A DNA stretch of 64,000 nucleotides from positions 6,696,001 to 6,760,000 of the forward strand of contig OX597824.1 of NCBI GenBank assembly GCA_951406725.2, read 5' to 3'. The translations under genes and the position numbers were made by a program. The notes beneath the pieces are model-generated. The model was not told where the DNA came from. It was given only the letters and a program-made list of their open reading frames with translations, and searched no databases. Numbering within the stretch: position 1 is the first letter of the stretch; each line of letters begins with the position of its first letter. This DNA comes from Octopus vulgaris. Lineage: Eukaryota. Shown one piece after another: positions 1 through 12,205 of the stretch.

Positions 1-133
1 CACCACCCCCTGCCAGAGCCTCATGGAGCTTTAGGTGTTTTCGCTCAATAAACACACACAATGCCCAGAGAATCGAAACCGCAATCCTCCGACCACAAGT
101 CTGCTGCTCTAACCACTGGGCCATTGCGCCTCC
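1..133 (-). mobile_element. tRNA-derived SINE head (family D; letters are my own labels), cut by window edge
   Basis: Reverse complement matches the head of the copy at 9495 (GGAGGCGCAATGGCCCAGTGGTTAG...TTCGATTC). Confidence 0.75.
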
Positions 134-294
134 GCTGTTGCTAGTTAACAACTGCTTTGTTCCTGATTGAAAAGACTTATGACCAATGGTGTTCCTCTTA
201 TACTAGTGATAGAGCATCTAGGACTACATTATTTGAACTCAATATTTACATTATTTACATTGGAAGGCTATGTGTCCTCATCTTGTTTGTTGTT

Positions 295-340
295 ACCACA
301 ATGTTTCAGCTGATTTACTCTCCAGCCTTCATCAGGTGTC
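295..340 (-). ncRNA. Degenerate hammerhead motif (inverted PLE copy)
   Basis: Reverse complement GACAC-CTGATGA-A-GGCTG...CAGCT-GAAACATTGTGG; CpG-type substitutions. Confidence 0.6.
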
Positions 341-833
341 TTGGTAGAATTTTGGACCCAACCCTGGGTTCTCATTCCTAAGATATTTTTTTGCTGATGT
401 TATTATTATTATCATTTATTCAAGGCTCTGGAATCTTGGGGTTAGTAGCCCACGCTCTTAACCATTACGCTATATGCCCATGGGCAATTATAGAGTGAAT
501 TTTAGGGCTTATAAACCCAACATTTTCCTATCCTTCCTTAATAGCGGTTCCCGTATTCAATTCATATTTGCACCAGGTCTGCTTAGGGGGTTATTGTGTC
601 TAGTGCAGATATGAATAGTATACAGGAACCAGTATTAAGGAAGGATGCAAAAATATTAGGTTTATAAATTCACTCTATAATTGCTCACGGGCATGATGGT
701 TAAGAGCATGAGCTATTAACCCCAAGAGTGCAACTTCAATTCTGGGTAGTGCCTTGAATAAATAATAATAATAACATCATCAAAAAAATACCTTAGAAAT
801 GAGAGCCCAGGGTTAGATTCAGAATTCTACCAG

Positions 834-879
834 GACACCTGATGAAGGCTGGAGAGTATATCAGCCGAAACGTTGTGGT
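834..879 (+). ncRNA. Minimal type I hammerhead ribozyme motif in PLE repeat
   Basis: GACAC-CTGATGA-A-GGCTG(10 nt)CAGCC-GAA-ACGT-T-GTGGT: core, stem II, palindromic stem III, partial stem I. Confidence 0.75.
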
Positions 880-1189
880 GACAACAAACAAGATGAGGAC
901 ATGCATCCATCCATTGTAAATTCCTCATCTCCAAAATATAGAACATTATTTTTAAAGGAAGTTTTAGCTTGTGGATTAGTCAGAAGAGGAAAGGCAGCCT
1001 GTGCCCCATTCTTTATCTTTGGGCAGAGACCTAGCAACTTGAAGGAAAGGTAAGACCATAATCTTTCTTATGAGACCAGAGCTCAAGAATTGGAAGATAA
1101 GAAGAGCTTGTAAACTATTTTTTCAGAAGACTTTAAGACTGGAGAAAGCAACTTATGCATGACAGCTACAAGTACCTTATTGCATGCAA

Positions 1190-2422
1190 TACCACAGTCA
1201 TGGTATCGATCAGACTGTCAGACTTTGTTCTAAGTATAACACCATCAATGGTTGCAATGCATTTCATGTTGTTTTAGCTTTTGAATGATGCCACCCTGCT
1301 GGCTAGTCCAGTGGGCCCACATACCATGTGCTGGCTAGGCATGCAGGCCCACATAACCCCTGGTTAGTAGGCAAGCAGGCCCACATATCCCCTGCTGGGT
1401 AGGCAAGCAGGCCCACACACACCCTGCTGGGTAGGTGAGAAGGCCTACATGCCTGCATACCCCCTGCTGGCTAGGCAAGCAAGATACATATCCCCTGCTG
1501 GCTAGGCAAGCAGACCCATATACCCCCTGCTGGATATGTGAGCAGAGCCACATACCCCCCTGCTAGCTAGGCAAGCAGACCCACATACCCCCTGCTGGAT
1601 AGGTGAGCAGGGTCACATGCCCCACTGCTGAGTAGGCAAGCAGGCCCATATACCTCCTGCTGGGTAGGTGAGCAGGGCCACACACCCCCTGTTGAATAGG
1701 TGAGCAAGGCCACATACTCCCTGCTGGTTAGGTGAGCAGGCCCATGCACCCCCCTGCTGGCTAGGAAAGCAGACCCACATACCCCCTGCTGGGTAGGTGA
1801 GCAGGCCTACATGCCTGCATACTCCCCTGCCGGCTAGGCAAGCAAGATACATAACCCTTGCTGGCTAGGCAAGTAGGCTCACATACCCCCTGCTGGTTAG
1901 GTGAGCAGGCCCATACACCCTCCCTGATGGCTAAGCAAGCAGACCCACATACCCTCTGCTGGATAGGTGAGCAGAGCCACATACCCCACTGCTGGGTAGG
2001 CAAGCAGGTCCATATACCTCCTGCTGGATAGGTGAGCAGGGCCACATACCCCACTGCTGGGTAGGCAAGCAGGTCCATATACCTCCTGTTGAATAGGTGA
2101 GCAAGGCCACATACTCCCTGCTTGTTAGGTGAGCAGGCCCATACACCCCCCCAGCTGGCTAGGAAAGCAGACCCACATACCCCCTGCTGGGTAGGTGAGC
2201 AGGCCCATATACCCCACTGCTGGTTAGGTGAGCAGGCCCATATCCCCCCTGCTTGGAAGGCCAGTCCTTCACAGGGTTACTTATTTACACCCGAGTGGAC
2301 AGGAACAACATAAAATGAAGTATTTTACTCAAGAACACAATGTGCAGCCAGAGTGAGAATTGAAACCCTGATCTCAGAATCCCAAGTGCAACAGCTTTAA
2401 CCACTAGGCCATGCCCCTTCAC
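1190..2422 (-). mobile_element. Old SINE with internal minisatellite expansion
   Basis: 1190-1310 resembles the reverse complement of the SINE tail at 9690-9797; 2290-2422 is a reversed tRNA-like head. Confidence 0.6.
1293..2255. repeat. GC-rich minisatellite, ~35-40 bp unit (CCCTGCTGGCTAGG[CAA/TGA]GCAGGCCCACATACC)
   Basis: About 25 tandem imperfect units visible directly. Confidence 0.95.
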
Positions 2423-3394
2423 ACATTGTTGTATACTTTTTAGGGAATATCTTACTTTTTCTCCATTGCAGAATTGAAAATTAAGGAAGGAACCAGAACA
2501 AAGTCGTTCACTCTCCTGTCTCCAGTATATCGAGGAAATCTTCAGAGAAGTAAAGGATCAGGCCAGCAGGAAGAATGAGCCGTTTGTTCAGATCTGGGGA
2601 TGATACTGCCTTATTAGCTCTCAATAGAGATGCTATCCATAGAAGATTATGATAGAAGTGAATAACAAAAGAATGCCCTATGGAATGGAATTGAGTGTTA
2701 AGAAAAGCAATTATGGTAAAGCCACAAAATGAACATACATCAAAGATTATACACCTACAATATCTACCATCAGAGAATAGAAAAATGTGAAGCAGATATA
2801 AAAAAACAAAACAAAAAAAAAAAGGTAAAATATTGTGAAAGCTAGGGAATTATTTGAAAAACAATATGTCAAACATATGAAAAAATAAGAAACATTAACA
2901 TCAAACCCAGAAAAAAAATCATTAAAAAAAAAATAATCTTAACTTCGGCCTTGTGGGGTAAGACAGCACCAATTAAAAAAAAAAAAATAAGAAAGAAAGA
3001 TAAGGAAAAAGTGGTAGTTGTAATGGAATGGTAAGTTCTCCCCTTTGATCTCTGTCTCACTTTCCTTCTTTTATCTCTCTCTCTCTCTCTCTCTCTTTCT
3101 CTCACACACACTCATACACTTTAGCTGACACTATGCAGACAATAGGTACTGGAACAGTGTCGTTATACGAAAATTCTCATTTAGAAAATTTGAAAGCAGT
3201 TTCAAATAGCATGGAAGCAAGCACATAATTTATACATTGATTGTTTCAGATTTAATTTCAATAAAATATTTGGATGGTTCTTCTTTTTTATAATCTTTAA
3301 TAATTATATATATATATATGGTGCTCCAGCATGGCCACAGACAAATGACTGAAACATGTAAAAGAATAAAATAATACAAATGTATGTATGTATG

Positions 3395-3742
3395 TGTATC
3401 ATCATCATCATCATCATCATCATCATTTAGCGTCCGCTTTCCATGCTGGCATGGGTTGGACGGTTCAACTGGGGTCTGGGAAGCCAGAAGGCTGCACCAG
3501 GCCCAGTTTGATCTGGCAATGTTTCTACGGCTGGATGCCCTTCCTAACGCCAACCACTCCAAGAGTGTAGTGGGTGCTTTTTACGTGCCACCGGCACAGG
3601 TGCCAGATGAGTCTGGCAAAAGGCCACGATCGGATGGTGCTTTTTATGTGCCACCGGCACGGGGGCCAGGCGAGGCTGGTGACGGCCACAAACGGATGGT
3701 GCCTTTTACGTACCACCGGCACGAGGCCAGTCAGGGCGGCGC
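3395..3742 (-). mobile_element. Retroposon family C, (GAT)n-tailed
   Basis: GGAAGGGCATCCAGC motif, (CAT)n tail and ~60-bp internal subrepeats; many copies in window. Confidence 0.8.
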
Positions 3743-4219
3743 TATAAGATGTAATCTATACTTATATTTATATTTACTTCTATTTATATTCTCTTTTATA
3801 TATATTCTACTTATTATACAACATTACTCTTTTATGTACACTTTTTTATGTACATTCCTTTATGTACACTGATTTGTTCTGCTTTTTTATGTTTAACCCT
3901 ACAGTCTCTTATGTCGTGGTTTCATAAATTATGTGATTGAGTATTATTTGATAATTGATATTTGATTTAGATGTATTTCTCCATTTTCTTATCTTGTATT
4001 AGTAATTTGTGGTAAATCATTTTACCTTTGCCCATATAATACAGTAAATGAATTGATTGCATCGCAATCCTTAACATTTATGTATTAACTTTGTTGGGTA
4101 CTTCACTAGCAGTATATTGGATATATGTTATCCCATGGAGGGTTGCAATTACAACTCCTATCTCAATTTGTATATATATATATATATATATATATACATA
4201 CATATATACACACAATATC

Positions 4220-4498
4220 GTAACAGGGGCTAGTGCCGCCTGACTGGCTCCCATGCTGGTGGCACATAAAAGCACCATCCAAACGGGATCAATGACAGGC
4301 CCACCTGACTGGCTCCTGTGCCAGTGGTACTTAAAAGCACCCGCTATACTCTCAGAGTGGTTGGCATTAGGAAGGGCATCCAGCTGTAGAAACATTGCGA
4401 GATCAGATTGGAGCCTGGTGCAGCCATCTGGTTAGCCAGTCCTCAGTCAAACCATCCAACCCATACCAGCATGGAAAGCAGAAAACGATGATGATGAT
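4220..4498 (+). mobile_element. Retroposon family C
   Basis: Same consensus in the opposite orientation to 3395-3742. Confidence 0.8.
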
Positions 4499-4877
4499 AT
4501 GTATGTATATCTTTTATCTTTCACTGTTTCAATCATTACAGAGTGGCCATGCCGGAGCACCACCTTAATGATTTTTTAGTCCAGTACATCAGCCCCAGGA
4601 GAAAGAGCTGGAGAAAGATAGAGAGGCAATGAAAGTGAGAGACAGAAAAATAGATGACGTTGGAGATGTTTGGGGCGTATCGAAGGAAACAGTGGGGCGT
4701 ATCGAAGGGAAAAGTGGTACAGAGAGACAGAGGGGGGGGGTGTCCATAAGAGTGTGAGGGGAGATGTTTAGAGACAGGGAAAGACATGACCGTAGCAAGT
4801 GATGTTGGGAGAAAATGGAGTGGCTGGGAGGGAGGGAGGGTATGGTAAATATGTTAGAGCATGGGGAGAGTGTATAT

Positions 4878-5110
4878 CTATTTCTTTATTACCCACAAGG
4901 GGCTAAACACAGAGGGGACAAACAAGGACAGGCAAAGGGATTAAGTTGATTACATCGACCCCAGTGTGTAACTGGTACTTAATTTATCGACCCCGAAAGG
5001 ATGAAAGGCAAAGTCAACCTCGGCGGAATTTGAACTCAGAACGTAACGGCAGACAAAATACAGCTACGCATTTCGCCTGGCGTGCTAACCATTCTGCCAG
5101 CTCGTCGCCT
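4878..5110 (-). mobile_element. tRNA-derived SINE family B (Nin/Deu-like core)
   Basis: Reverse strand has A box, B box GAGTTCAAATTCC and core GCCTTTCATCCTTTCGGGGTCGATAAATTAAGTACCAG. Confidence 0.8.
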
Positions 5111-5222
5111 TCGGGGAGAGTGTAGATAGGTGTATGAGGGAGAGTGGAGGGTCCCACACCGGGTGGTGATCAGGGATAGAGGGATCAGTATAATACAGAA
5201 AATGTAATGTAAAGTGACTTAC

Positions 5223-5289
5223 TTTTTCGAGAAAAGGAAATCTTCAAGAGTTAATGCCAACTCTGGCCACATGTCTTGAAAGTCAGCTT
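5223..5289 (-). CDS. MON2: MON2 internal exon, (E)ADFQDMWPELALTLEDFLFSK
   Basis: tctctag|AA...AA|gtaagt, 67 nt, phase 1-2 and in frame with the previous exon; matches recalled MON2 FDSMWPELANTFEDFLFTKS. Confidence 0.92.
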
Positions 5290-5455
5290 CTAGAGACAGA
5301 CAAAATGAAATCATAATTATATTTATGCAGATTTGAATATAGGTAACTGGAATAATAAAGAATACAGCAGAATACATAATGTAGACATTATGGAAACTAT
5401 GAGAGAAGCAAGCAGGAAATTTCAAAAACACATACATATAGTTACAGGTACAAAT

Positions 5456-6085
5456 GTGGAGGTGCGTGGCTTAGTGGTTAGGGTGTCAGCATCTCCAACA
5501 ATTTGGTGCGACACCAGTGTAGAATCACCTCCCTCCGACAAGTCATCCTAACAAGACGTCTGTGTTGGCTGGGTCATGCCCTCCGTTGTCAACCAGAAGA
5601 ATTCATTTACGGACCAGCTCCCCTTCAGGGTTGGCAAAAGCGATGTGGTGGACAACGAAAAACCTGACTGATGACAGTCAAGGCTGATCTGGAACCCAAC
5701 CTAGGCTCCCATATCTACGGCATTCACCGCTGGAATAAGGAATGGTTGGAGATCACGCGGTCGTTAGCCTCAAATCGCCAAATGTGAGAGATACAGCATT
5801 GAGGATGAATGAAGCCAGCTCAATCCACCCTGGGTGAATGCTGTCTCAAGTCCAGTAGGGTGTCAGCACCATGATCGTAAGATTGTGGTTTCGATTCCTG
5901 GACTGGGCGACGTGTTGTGTTCTTGAGCAAAACACTTCATTTCATGTTGCTCCAGTCCACTCAGCTGGCAAAAATGAGTGATGCTGTGATGGACTGGCAT
6001 CCCGTCCTGCTGGGGAACACATACGCCATGGAAACCGGGAAACCGGGCACATGAGCCTGGCTAAGCTTTAGAAAGGGCGAAGAGA
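5456..6085 (+). mobile_element. tRNA-derived SINE interrupted by an RTE fragment
   Basis: A box TGGCTTAGTGG at ~5467; B box GGTTTCGATTCC at ~5887. Confidence 0.75.
5492..5855 (+). mobile_element. 5'-truncated RTE-clade LINE 3' end with 13-bp target-site duplication (TSD)
   Basis: Translates as RRLCWLGHALR...GWQKRCGGQRKT*...LASNR; TSD TAGGGTGTCAGCA at 5479-5491 and 5856-5868. Confidence 0.8.
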
Positions 6086-7914
6086 GAGACTGGTACAAAT
6101 AACTCTACAAGTCTAAAGAGTAAACACTGAATGTTTGTGCATATGTACATGCACATACATGTTTTTAATTTCACACATGTGCATTGTTTGTTTTAGATTT
6201 TTGTTGACTACACAGTATAGTAGGGTCAGTTGGGCACCATCTGTGAGAAAAATAGCACCATGACACAATTCACTCAGCCAGAAATTTGGAAATGATATGC
6301 TGTTTGGCATTCATGCTGGAATGCAGCAATATGAATACTCTTTGTTTATTGAAACAAAATAGATGGGGAACTTTGTTTTAAGGGATTGATATATATATGT
6401 TCCATAGAACGAGAAGAAATGATTAAAAATTACAAACACATCAGCTGCTCAGTTGTATAGCCCCGAGTATGTGAAGACATTACAAAGTGGTAAGGGTTCT
6501 CTAATGCGATAATGTACAAAGCAACCCTGTAAGTGTTGGTGCCAATATAATGCTACTGAGAACATTCCGGTAAAGCAGTTGATGAATGAATGGAGACATA
6601 GAGTTGAGAGAATTCTTTAAATTTGTCTGGTATAGGATAACCTTTATAGTACTAGTTCCAATATCATAATATGCAGCCAGGAGACTCTAGAAAAAGTGGT
6701 TAATGGTTGCGAATGGCATCTGGACACAGAAACCGAAAGAGAAAAAGAAAACAATCAAGAGATGTAGTCTAAAAGCGAAGTAACTCTGAATAAGAATTGA
6801 TGTGGTCCATGATGACCAGTCCAACTCATGCCAGCAAGGAAAGCAGATGTAAAATGCCGATATTGATTACAATGGTCAGTATGTAATCAGCCATTCAAGT
6901 GAACATAGAAAATTATTAATAAATTTTAAGAATGGAAACTAAATTTTCTTTTGTGTTTCTTGTATGGCACTAAGTCTATTTTCAGAACAAAGACAGGAAG
7001 AAGAATGGTTTTATGGAATTTGGAAGCTTGATAGACATTTATTTCAGTTTCCATATAGTTTGAGACTCTTCTTTCTGCTAAACTCAAACCTGTAGAATAA
7101 TTGGAATTTATTTTCAACCAGGCAATATGAAGAACGTGGAAGCAATATGCTGGCTGTAACAAAATTTGAATTCGTGGCCTCGTGGTCAGTTGTCTAACAC
7201 ATTAATATGAGAAGCATCACGCAACGTTTAACAATAAAATAAGAAAACCAACAACTTTACTTTGCACTAGCTTAACAAAATTTCCCTAAAATTACATTGG
7301 AATTAGATTATCTGAAAATTGAGAAAAATGCCAGTACTGACAATTCCAGAAAAAAAAAATTAAAACAAAAAATAAAACAAAATAAAATGCAATAAAAATA
7401 AAAGTAAAATCAAAATCTTTTAAGAGTATAATTGATTTCCATTCTGCTTGTCTACTTGACGAAGACTAATGGTACTTATCTGTAGAGGGAAACCATAAAC
7501 CAATGCCGCCTGAGGAAGCACAAACAACAGTTAAAATTGGTGTGTTAATAATCTCCTCCAATGTTTAAAAACATTGAAAATGTGGTTGATTTTTGATTAG
7601 GAAGCAAAATATTGGTCTCTGTGCTGAAGTTCCAACCTCCGATGCTAAAATTGATTTCAATTCTTAAGCAGAAAGCATATAGCTCAGCTTTCTTTAAAAT
7701 TATCACTGCTAAAACAAAAAGGTTCAAGGGATACTTGACATTTCACAAATACACAAACATTTACAGATGTTTTATTCCATTTCAGACAATGTTTGTAGAA
7801 ACAAAATTCGGTGCTAAGGAAAACATTCTTGATATCGTTATCCAAGAAATTGACTCATTATCAAGTTTGTTCAAGCATTAACATTTGTATCAGTTTATCA
7901 TAATTTTGTAAACT

Positions 7915-8145
7915 TTAACCCTTTCGATACCAACCCATCTGAAACCATCTCTGGCTCTGTAGTACAAATGTCTTGTTTTCATAGGTTTTGAATTAAAATC
8001 TTCCACCAAACCTTAGTCACAATTTATGTTCCTAACACTAGCTTAATGATAAATAAGTTATTTTACTAAATTCTTTGTTATATTTTAAAATTAATTGAAA
8101 GAAACACAGAGCATCTCAAAATAAATATAGTAACGAAATGGTTAA
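7915..8145 (+). mobile_element. piggyBac-like MITE
   Basis: TTAA-CCCTTTCGATAC...GTAACGAAATGG-TTAA; homologous copies at 13117, 34072, 34325, 34668 and 45370. Confidence 0.8.
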
Positions 8146-9041
8146 TGAATTTGTCTTGTTGCAAGATGAGGAAGCTGACAAACTTCTGGTGATTTGTCAC
8201 TACATTGAAGTGCCATAGAGTGGCACTCTGAGATGCCAGTGAAGCCAGTGTGTGAAAGATAGCATTTGGACTCAGTAGGTTGTTGACAGGAGAGAGGAAA
8301 AGCCTTCTACCTACAATGCACCTGTTGGAAGGATGACAGAGAGTTTGAACTGATAATAAGAATCACTGACACCAATGCTTACTTATAGGGTTTCAAAACT
8401 GAGGAAAGAGCAGTCAACTGGAAGTTGATGCTATCAGATTTGAACTGATAGCATCGGGAACAGAACTGAAGAAACCAAACAAGAAGTACCAGATATCAAA
8501 CATAAGACTGGAGTCTATCCAAGACAAATATGCAATATAATACAGAATCAATACCTTGACAGCCTTTAATCTTTAAATATCGAAACACCTTGCAGCTTTA
8601 GCTTCAATATTTCACTCTTATTATTGAATACTTTCATTCCTTAACAATTTCCTTTTCAAGGGAAATTCTTTCATTTTCTCACAAGGAAATCATTTTCCTC
8701 TTCACTTTTGGCAAGTTAAAACATTTTTACTTTAACAAATTGAGATCTGCCCTCCCTCATATATATTATAGATTCGCACTATAATCAATATATTTTATTC
8801 TCTACTTCCTTCAGCGTTCCTTTCCATCATCCCAGCCACTTTCATTCTACTTCAGCCATCTTATCCTATCCATCTTAGCGCCATCTACCACTAGCTCAAC
8901 ACACACCATTCTCTGTAGTTCCTTGTCGTCTTCCTCCCCCTCAGCAATACTCCATTTATCCCCTGAACAACATGATAAATGTAGCTATGATACAATAGTT
9001 TGAAATATTAAATAAAATATTCAATTTCATATATATATATA

Positions 9042-9450
9042 GGCGCAGGAGTGGCTGTGTGGTAAGTAGCTTGCTTACCAACCACATGGTTGTGGGTTCA
9101 GTCCCACTGCGTGGCATCTTGGGCAAGTGTCTTCTGCTTTAGCCCTGGGCCGACCAATGCCTTGTGAGTGGATTTGGTAGACGGAAACTGAAAGAAGCCT
9201 GTCGTATATATGTACGTATATATGTGTGTGTGTGTGTGTTTGTGTGTCTGTTTGTCCCCCTAGCATTGCTTGACAACCGATGCTGGTGTGTTTACATCCC
9301 CGTTACTTAGCGGTTCGGCAAAAGAGGCTGATAGAATAAGTACTGGGCTTACAAAGAATAGGTCCCGGGGTCGATTTGATCGACTAAAGGCGGTGCTCCA
9401 GCATGGCCGCAGTCAAATGACTGAAACAAGTAAAAGAGTAAAAGAGAGAG
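9042..9450 (+). mobile_element. tRNA-derived SINE family A, full length
   Basis: TGGCTGTGTGG A box, GGTTCAGTCCC B box, internal (TA/TG)n, tail AAACAAGTAAAAGAGT. Confidence 0.85.
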
Positions 9451-9493
<43 letters not shown>

Positions 9494-9494
9494 G

Positions 9495-9797
9495 TGGAGG
9501 CGCAATGGCCCAGTGGTTAGGGTAGTGGACTTGCGGTTGTTGGATCGACGTTTCGATTCCCAGACCGGGCGCTGTGAGATTTTATTGAGCGAAAACACCT
9601 AAACCTCCTCGAGGCTCCGGCAGGGGGTGGTGATGATCCCTGCTGTACTCTTCTGCCACAACTTTTCTCTCACTCTTTTTTCTGTTGACTTGCTCGCTTA
9701 GCCAGTGGGGTGGCGTCATTTGAAGGATAAAACAATGCGAAGCGCATTGTGACCAGCGATGTGTAGCAACATCTGATAACCTGGTCGGTCATGGTGA
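9495..9797 (+). mobile_element. tRNA-derived SINE family D
   Basis: A box TGGCCCAGTGG, B box GTTTCGATTCCC; inserted in a TG/TA microsatellite. Confidence 0.8.
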
Positions 9798-10134
9798 TAT
9801 ATATATATATATATGTATATATGATCTGCACAGACTATAAATTGACCGAAACAATGAATTTCACAGAGAGTTACAGAAGTTTTTTTTTTTTAAATTGTAA
9901 AAAAAATAAAATTAAATAAACATAATAGATTGAGCGAGTGTGTATAAGAGGGCTGGGTGGAGGTGATTAATTTGACTAAATTTCTCATTGAAATAATGGA
10001 ATTTAGAAATTGGAAGGAACACTTGAATATGGAAAGAAATTTAAAGGAAAGAGAGAAAATTATAATGATGATGATGATGATGATGATCTTACGGCCAGAA
10101 AGACTAAAAAGACAATCAAAATAGAAACTCTTAC

Positions 10135-10252
10135 CGTGTTTTCTAGCGACTGGTAAACCAATGTTAAGAATTGTAAGGAGAGCATTTATAGACAGCATCC
10201 AGGTGGTTGGTGATGGGCAGCCATACTTGAGTCCAAGAGGTAATCTGAATGC
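10135..10252 (-). CDS. MON2: MON2 internal exon, AFRLPLGLKYGCPSPTTWMLSINALLTILNIGLPVARKH
   Basis: ttttgcag|GCA...CACG|gtaaga, 118 nt, phase 0-1; matches recalled MON2 [39 protein letters not shown]. Confidence 0.94.
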
Positions 10253-10712
10253 CTGCAAAAATTCAAAGACAAAAAAAAAAATAAGTCAATCAGTAAAACT
10301 TACTACCTAGAAAGTAAAGGTGAGCATTCAAGACATAAAATGAATATTTCTAATGGAAATCAGCAAACAAGATTTTATATTCCATACAATTTTTACCATT
10401 TCCTAGAAATGCCATGCACATGAGACTATAAATGGATCTATACATCAAACTTTTACAGTAGTCATAATCGTGGTTGTATAATACGAACAGCATAATATCA
10501 TGTTTTACAGGTCAAAGTGGTTCGTATAAGAGATTTCTAACTAATGGTTGTGATTATTAACTTATGGTTCGAAATGCCAACGTCGGTGCCGTAATGGAAT
10601 GTCTACTTGGAAGGTAGCAGAGTTACAAGAAAAATGGTTGTTATTCAATAGTTGAAGCTTGTTACGACTTTGAAGAACCCATTATCTGTAACATAACAAT
10701 ATTAATATATAT

Positions 10713-10950
10713 ATGCTGAACCGTCCAACCTATGCCGAACCATCCAACCCATGCCGAACCGTGCAACCCATGTCGAACCATCCAACCCATGCTGAACCAT
10801 CCAACCCATATCGAACCGTCCAACTCATGTCAAACCGTCCAACCCATGCAGTCGAACCGTCCAAACCATGTCGAACCATCCAACCCATGGTCAAACTGTC
10901 TAACCCATGCTAGCATGGAAAACAGACATTAAACAATGATGATGATGATG
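10713..10950 (+). repeat. ~20-bp tandem repeat derived from the family C tail
   Basis: About 10 units of CGAACC(G/A)TCCAACCCATG followed by the normal CTAGCATGGAAA...(GAT)n end. Confidence 0.85.
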
Positions 10951-11297
10951 AATAAGAGCACTTGGAGGGCACAAATTTCTGCCAAGGCAACACCAATGTC
11001 CTCTCAACGATTGGCTGGAGATGATTTTTAAAATATGAATATCTGAAATCAACTCAACTGCTCTAACAAACAAGAATACTAAAAATGAACCCAACTGGTC
11101 TCAAAAATTAAGTAAAAAGATAGGAAAAATAATCCAGAATCCTTGTCCAGTACTGAATCGATTCTAGAATCTAATGAGCTTGTCAGTCACAAGGCCAAAC
11201 ATCCCTGAAAGTTTCATCCAAATCCATCCAGCAGTTCTTGAGATATCTTGTCCATGGACAAACAAACAAACAAATAAACATGACTGAAAACAATACC
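10951..11297 (+). mobile_element. HINE/DINE-like (Helentron-associated) non-autonomous element
   Basis: AAGTTTCATCCAAATCCATCCAGCAGTTCTTGAGATATC core followed by (ACAA)n and AAAACAATACC. Confidence 0.5.
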
Positions 11298-11636
11298 AGT
11301 TGTCATAGGTGCCCTAGGAATGATAGCAAAATGGGCTGATTGCTACCTAGCTCAGATACCAGGAGACCCCAAAATGGCAGAAATTCAAAAGATAGTGCTC
11401 ATAGGAACTGCCCATATCCTATGTAAAATAATGTCTATGTAATCTCAAAGTTTAAAACAAACTTATAATTTTGTTGTTTTTTTAAAAAACATTTTCTAGA
11501 ACAATACTATGTACAAAACCAAATATATGGCATCCTAGGCATAACACCAACATGAACTTCTAACATTTTGTCTCTTGAGGTCTCTGGGTGAGACTTGGGG
11601 CCAACTTATACAAATACGAAACAAAAGTCAAACATA

Positions 11637-11693
<57 letters not shown>

Positions 11694-11700
11694 TAATAAT
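11292..11700 (+). mobile_element. Dong/R4-type RLE retrotransposon 3' end
   Basis: IPVVIGALGMIAK...QKIVLIGTAHILCKIMSM* then 3' UTR and (TAA)n. Confidence 0.8.
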
Positions 11701-11714
11701 AATCTTTCTTTCCT

Positions 11715-11870
11715 TCCACTATAGGCACAAGGCCTGAAATTTGGGGGTAAGGGGACAGTTGATTACATTGACCCCAGTACTCAACTGGTACTTAATCCAA
11801 AAGGATGAAAGGCAAAGTCGACCTTGGCAGGATTTGAACTGAGAACGTGAAGACAGATGAAATGCCACTG
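11715..11870 (-). mobile_element. SINE family B variant
   Basis: AAGGATGAAAGGCAAAGTCGACC core; similar copies at ~14890, 15140, 17455, 20955, 21165, 50625 and 59408. Confidence 0.7.
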
Positions 11871-12076
11871 AGGAAGTTTTCCAAACCATCTTCTTTGTCT
11901 GTCCTTGAATCTCAACAAAGACAAATTCACAACATACTTTGAAAATCACGATGTAAAAGAAATGAATAAAATTTTTTTGACAGTTAATATATCATTATAA
12001 TTTAAATTTACAAAAAAAAAAAAAAGAGAAAGGAGACAAAAAACAAAAAAAAAAAACAATACACTAAAGTACAAAC

Positions 12077-12205
12077 CTTTATTATATGTTGAAGAACATG
12101 GGCTTGTATGACAGCCGGGTGTTTGGCAGTGTTCCGATATAATTCAATGACCAGTTCAATTGTCTTCTCAGAAAATGGTACAAAATTCATTGTTATCCAG
12201 TCAAC
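12077..12205 (-). CDS. MON2: MON2 internal exon, VDWITMNFVPFSEKTIELVIELYRNTAKHPAVIQAHVLQHIIK
   Basis: tttcag|GTT...AAG|gtttgt boundaries, 129 nt, phase 0-0; matches recalled vertebrate MON2 [43 protein letters not shown]. Confidence 0.92.

Larger units (their letters stand above)
240..945. mobile_element. Two Penelope-like 3' ends in inverted orientation
   Basis: Arms ~240-575 and ~600-945 are reverse complements; both match the 3' end of the GIY-YIG element at 36820-37170. Confidence 0.8.

Noticed and set aside
1335-2313. Overlapping repetitive ORFs and a superficially CRISPR-like array
   Set aside because: Contiguous minisatellite with no unique spacers; eukaryotic context; no cas genes.
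2472-2612. Plus-strand exon after ttgcag
   Set aside because: Short frames with no recognisable homology and no linked exons.
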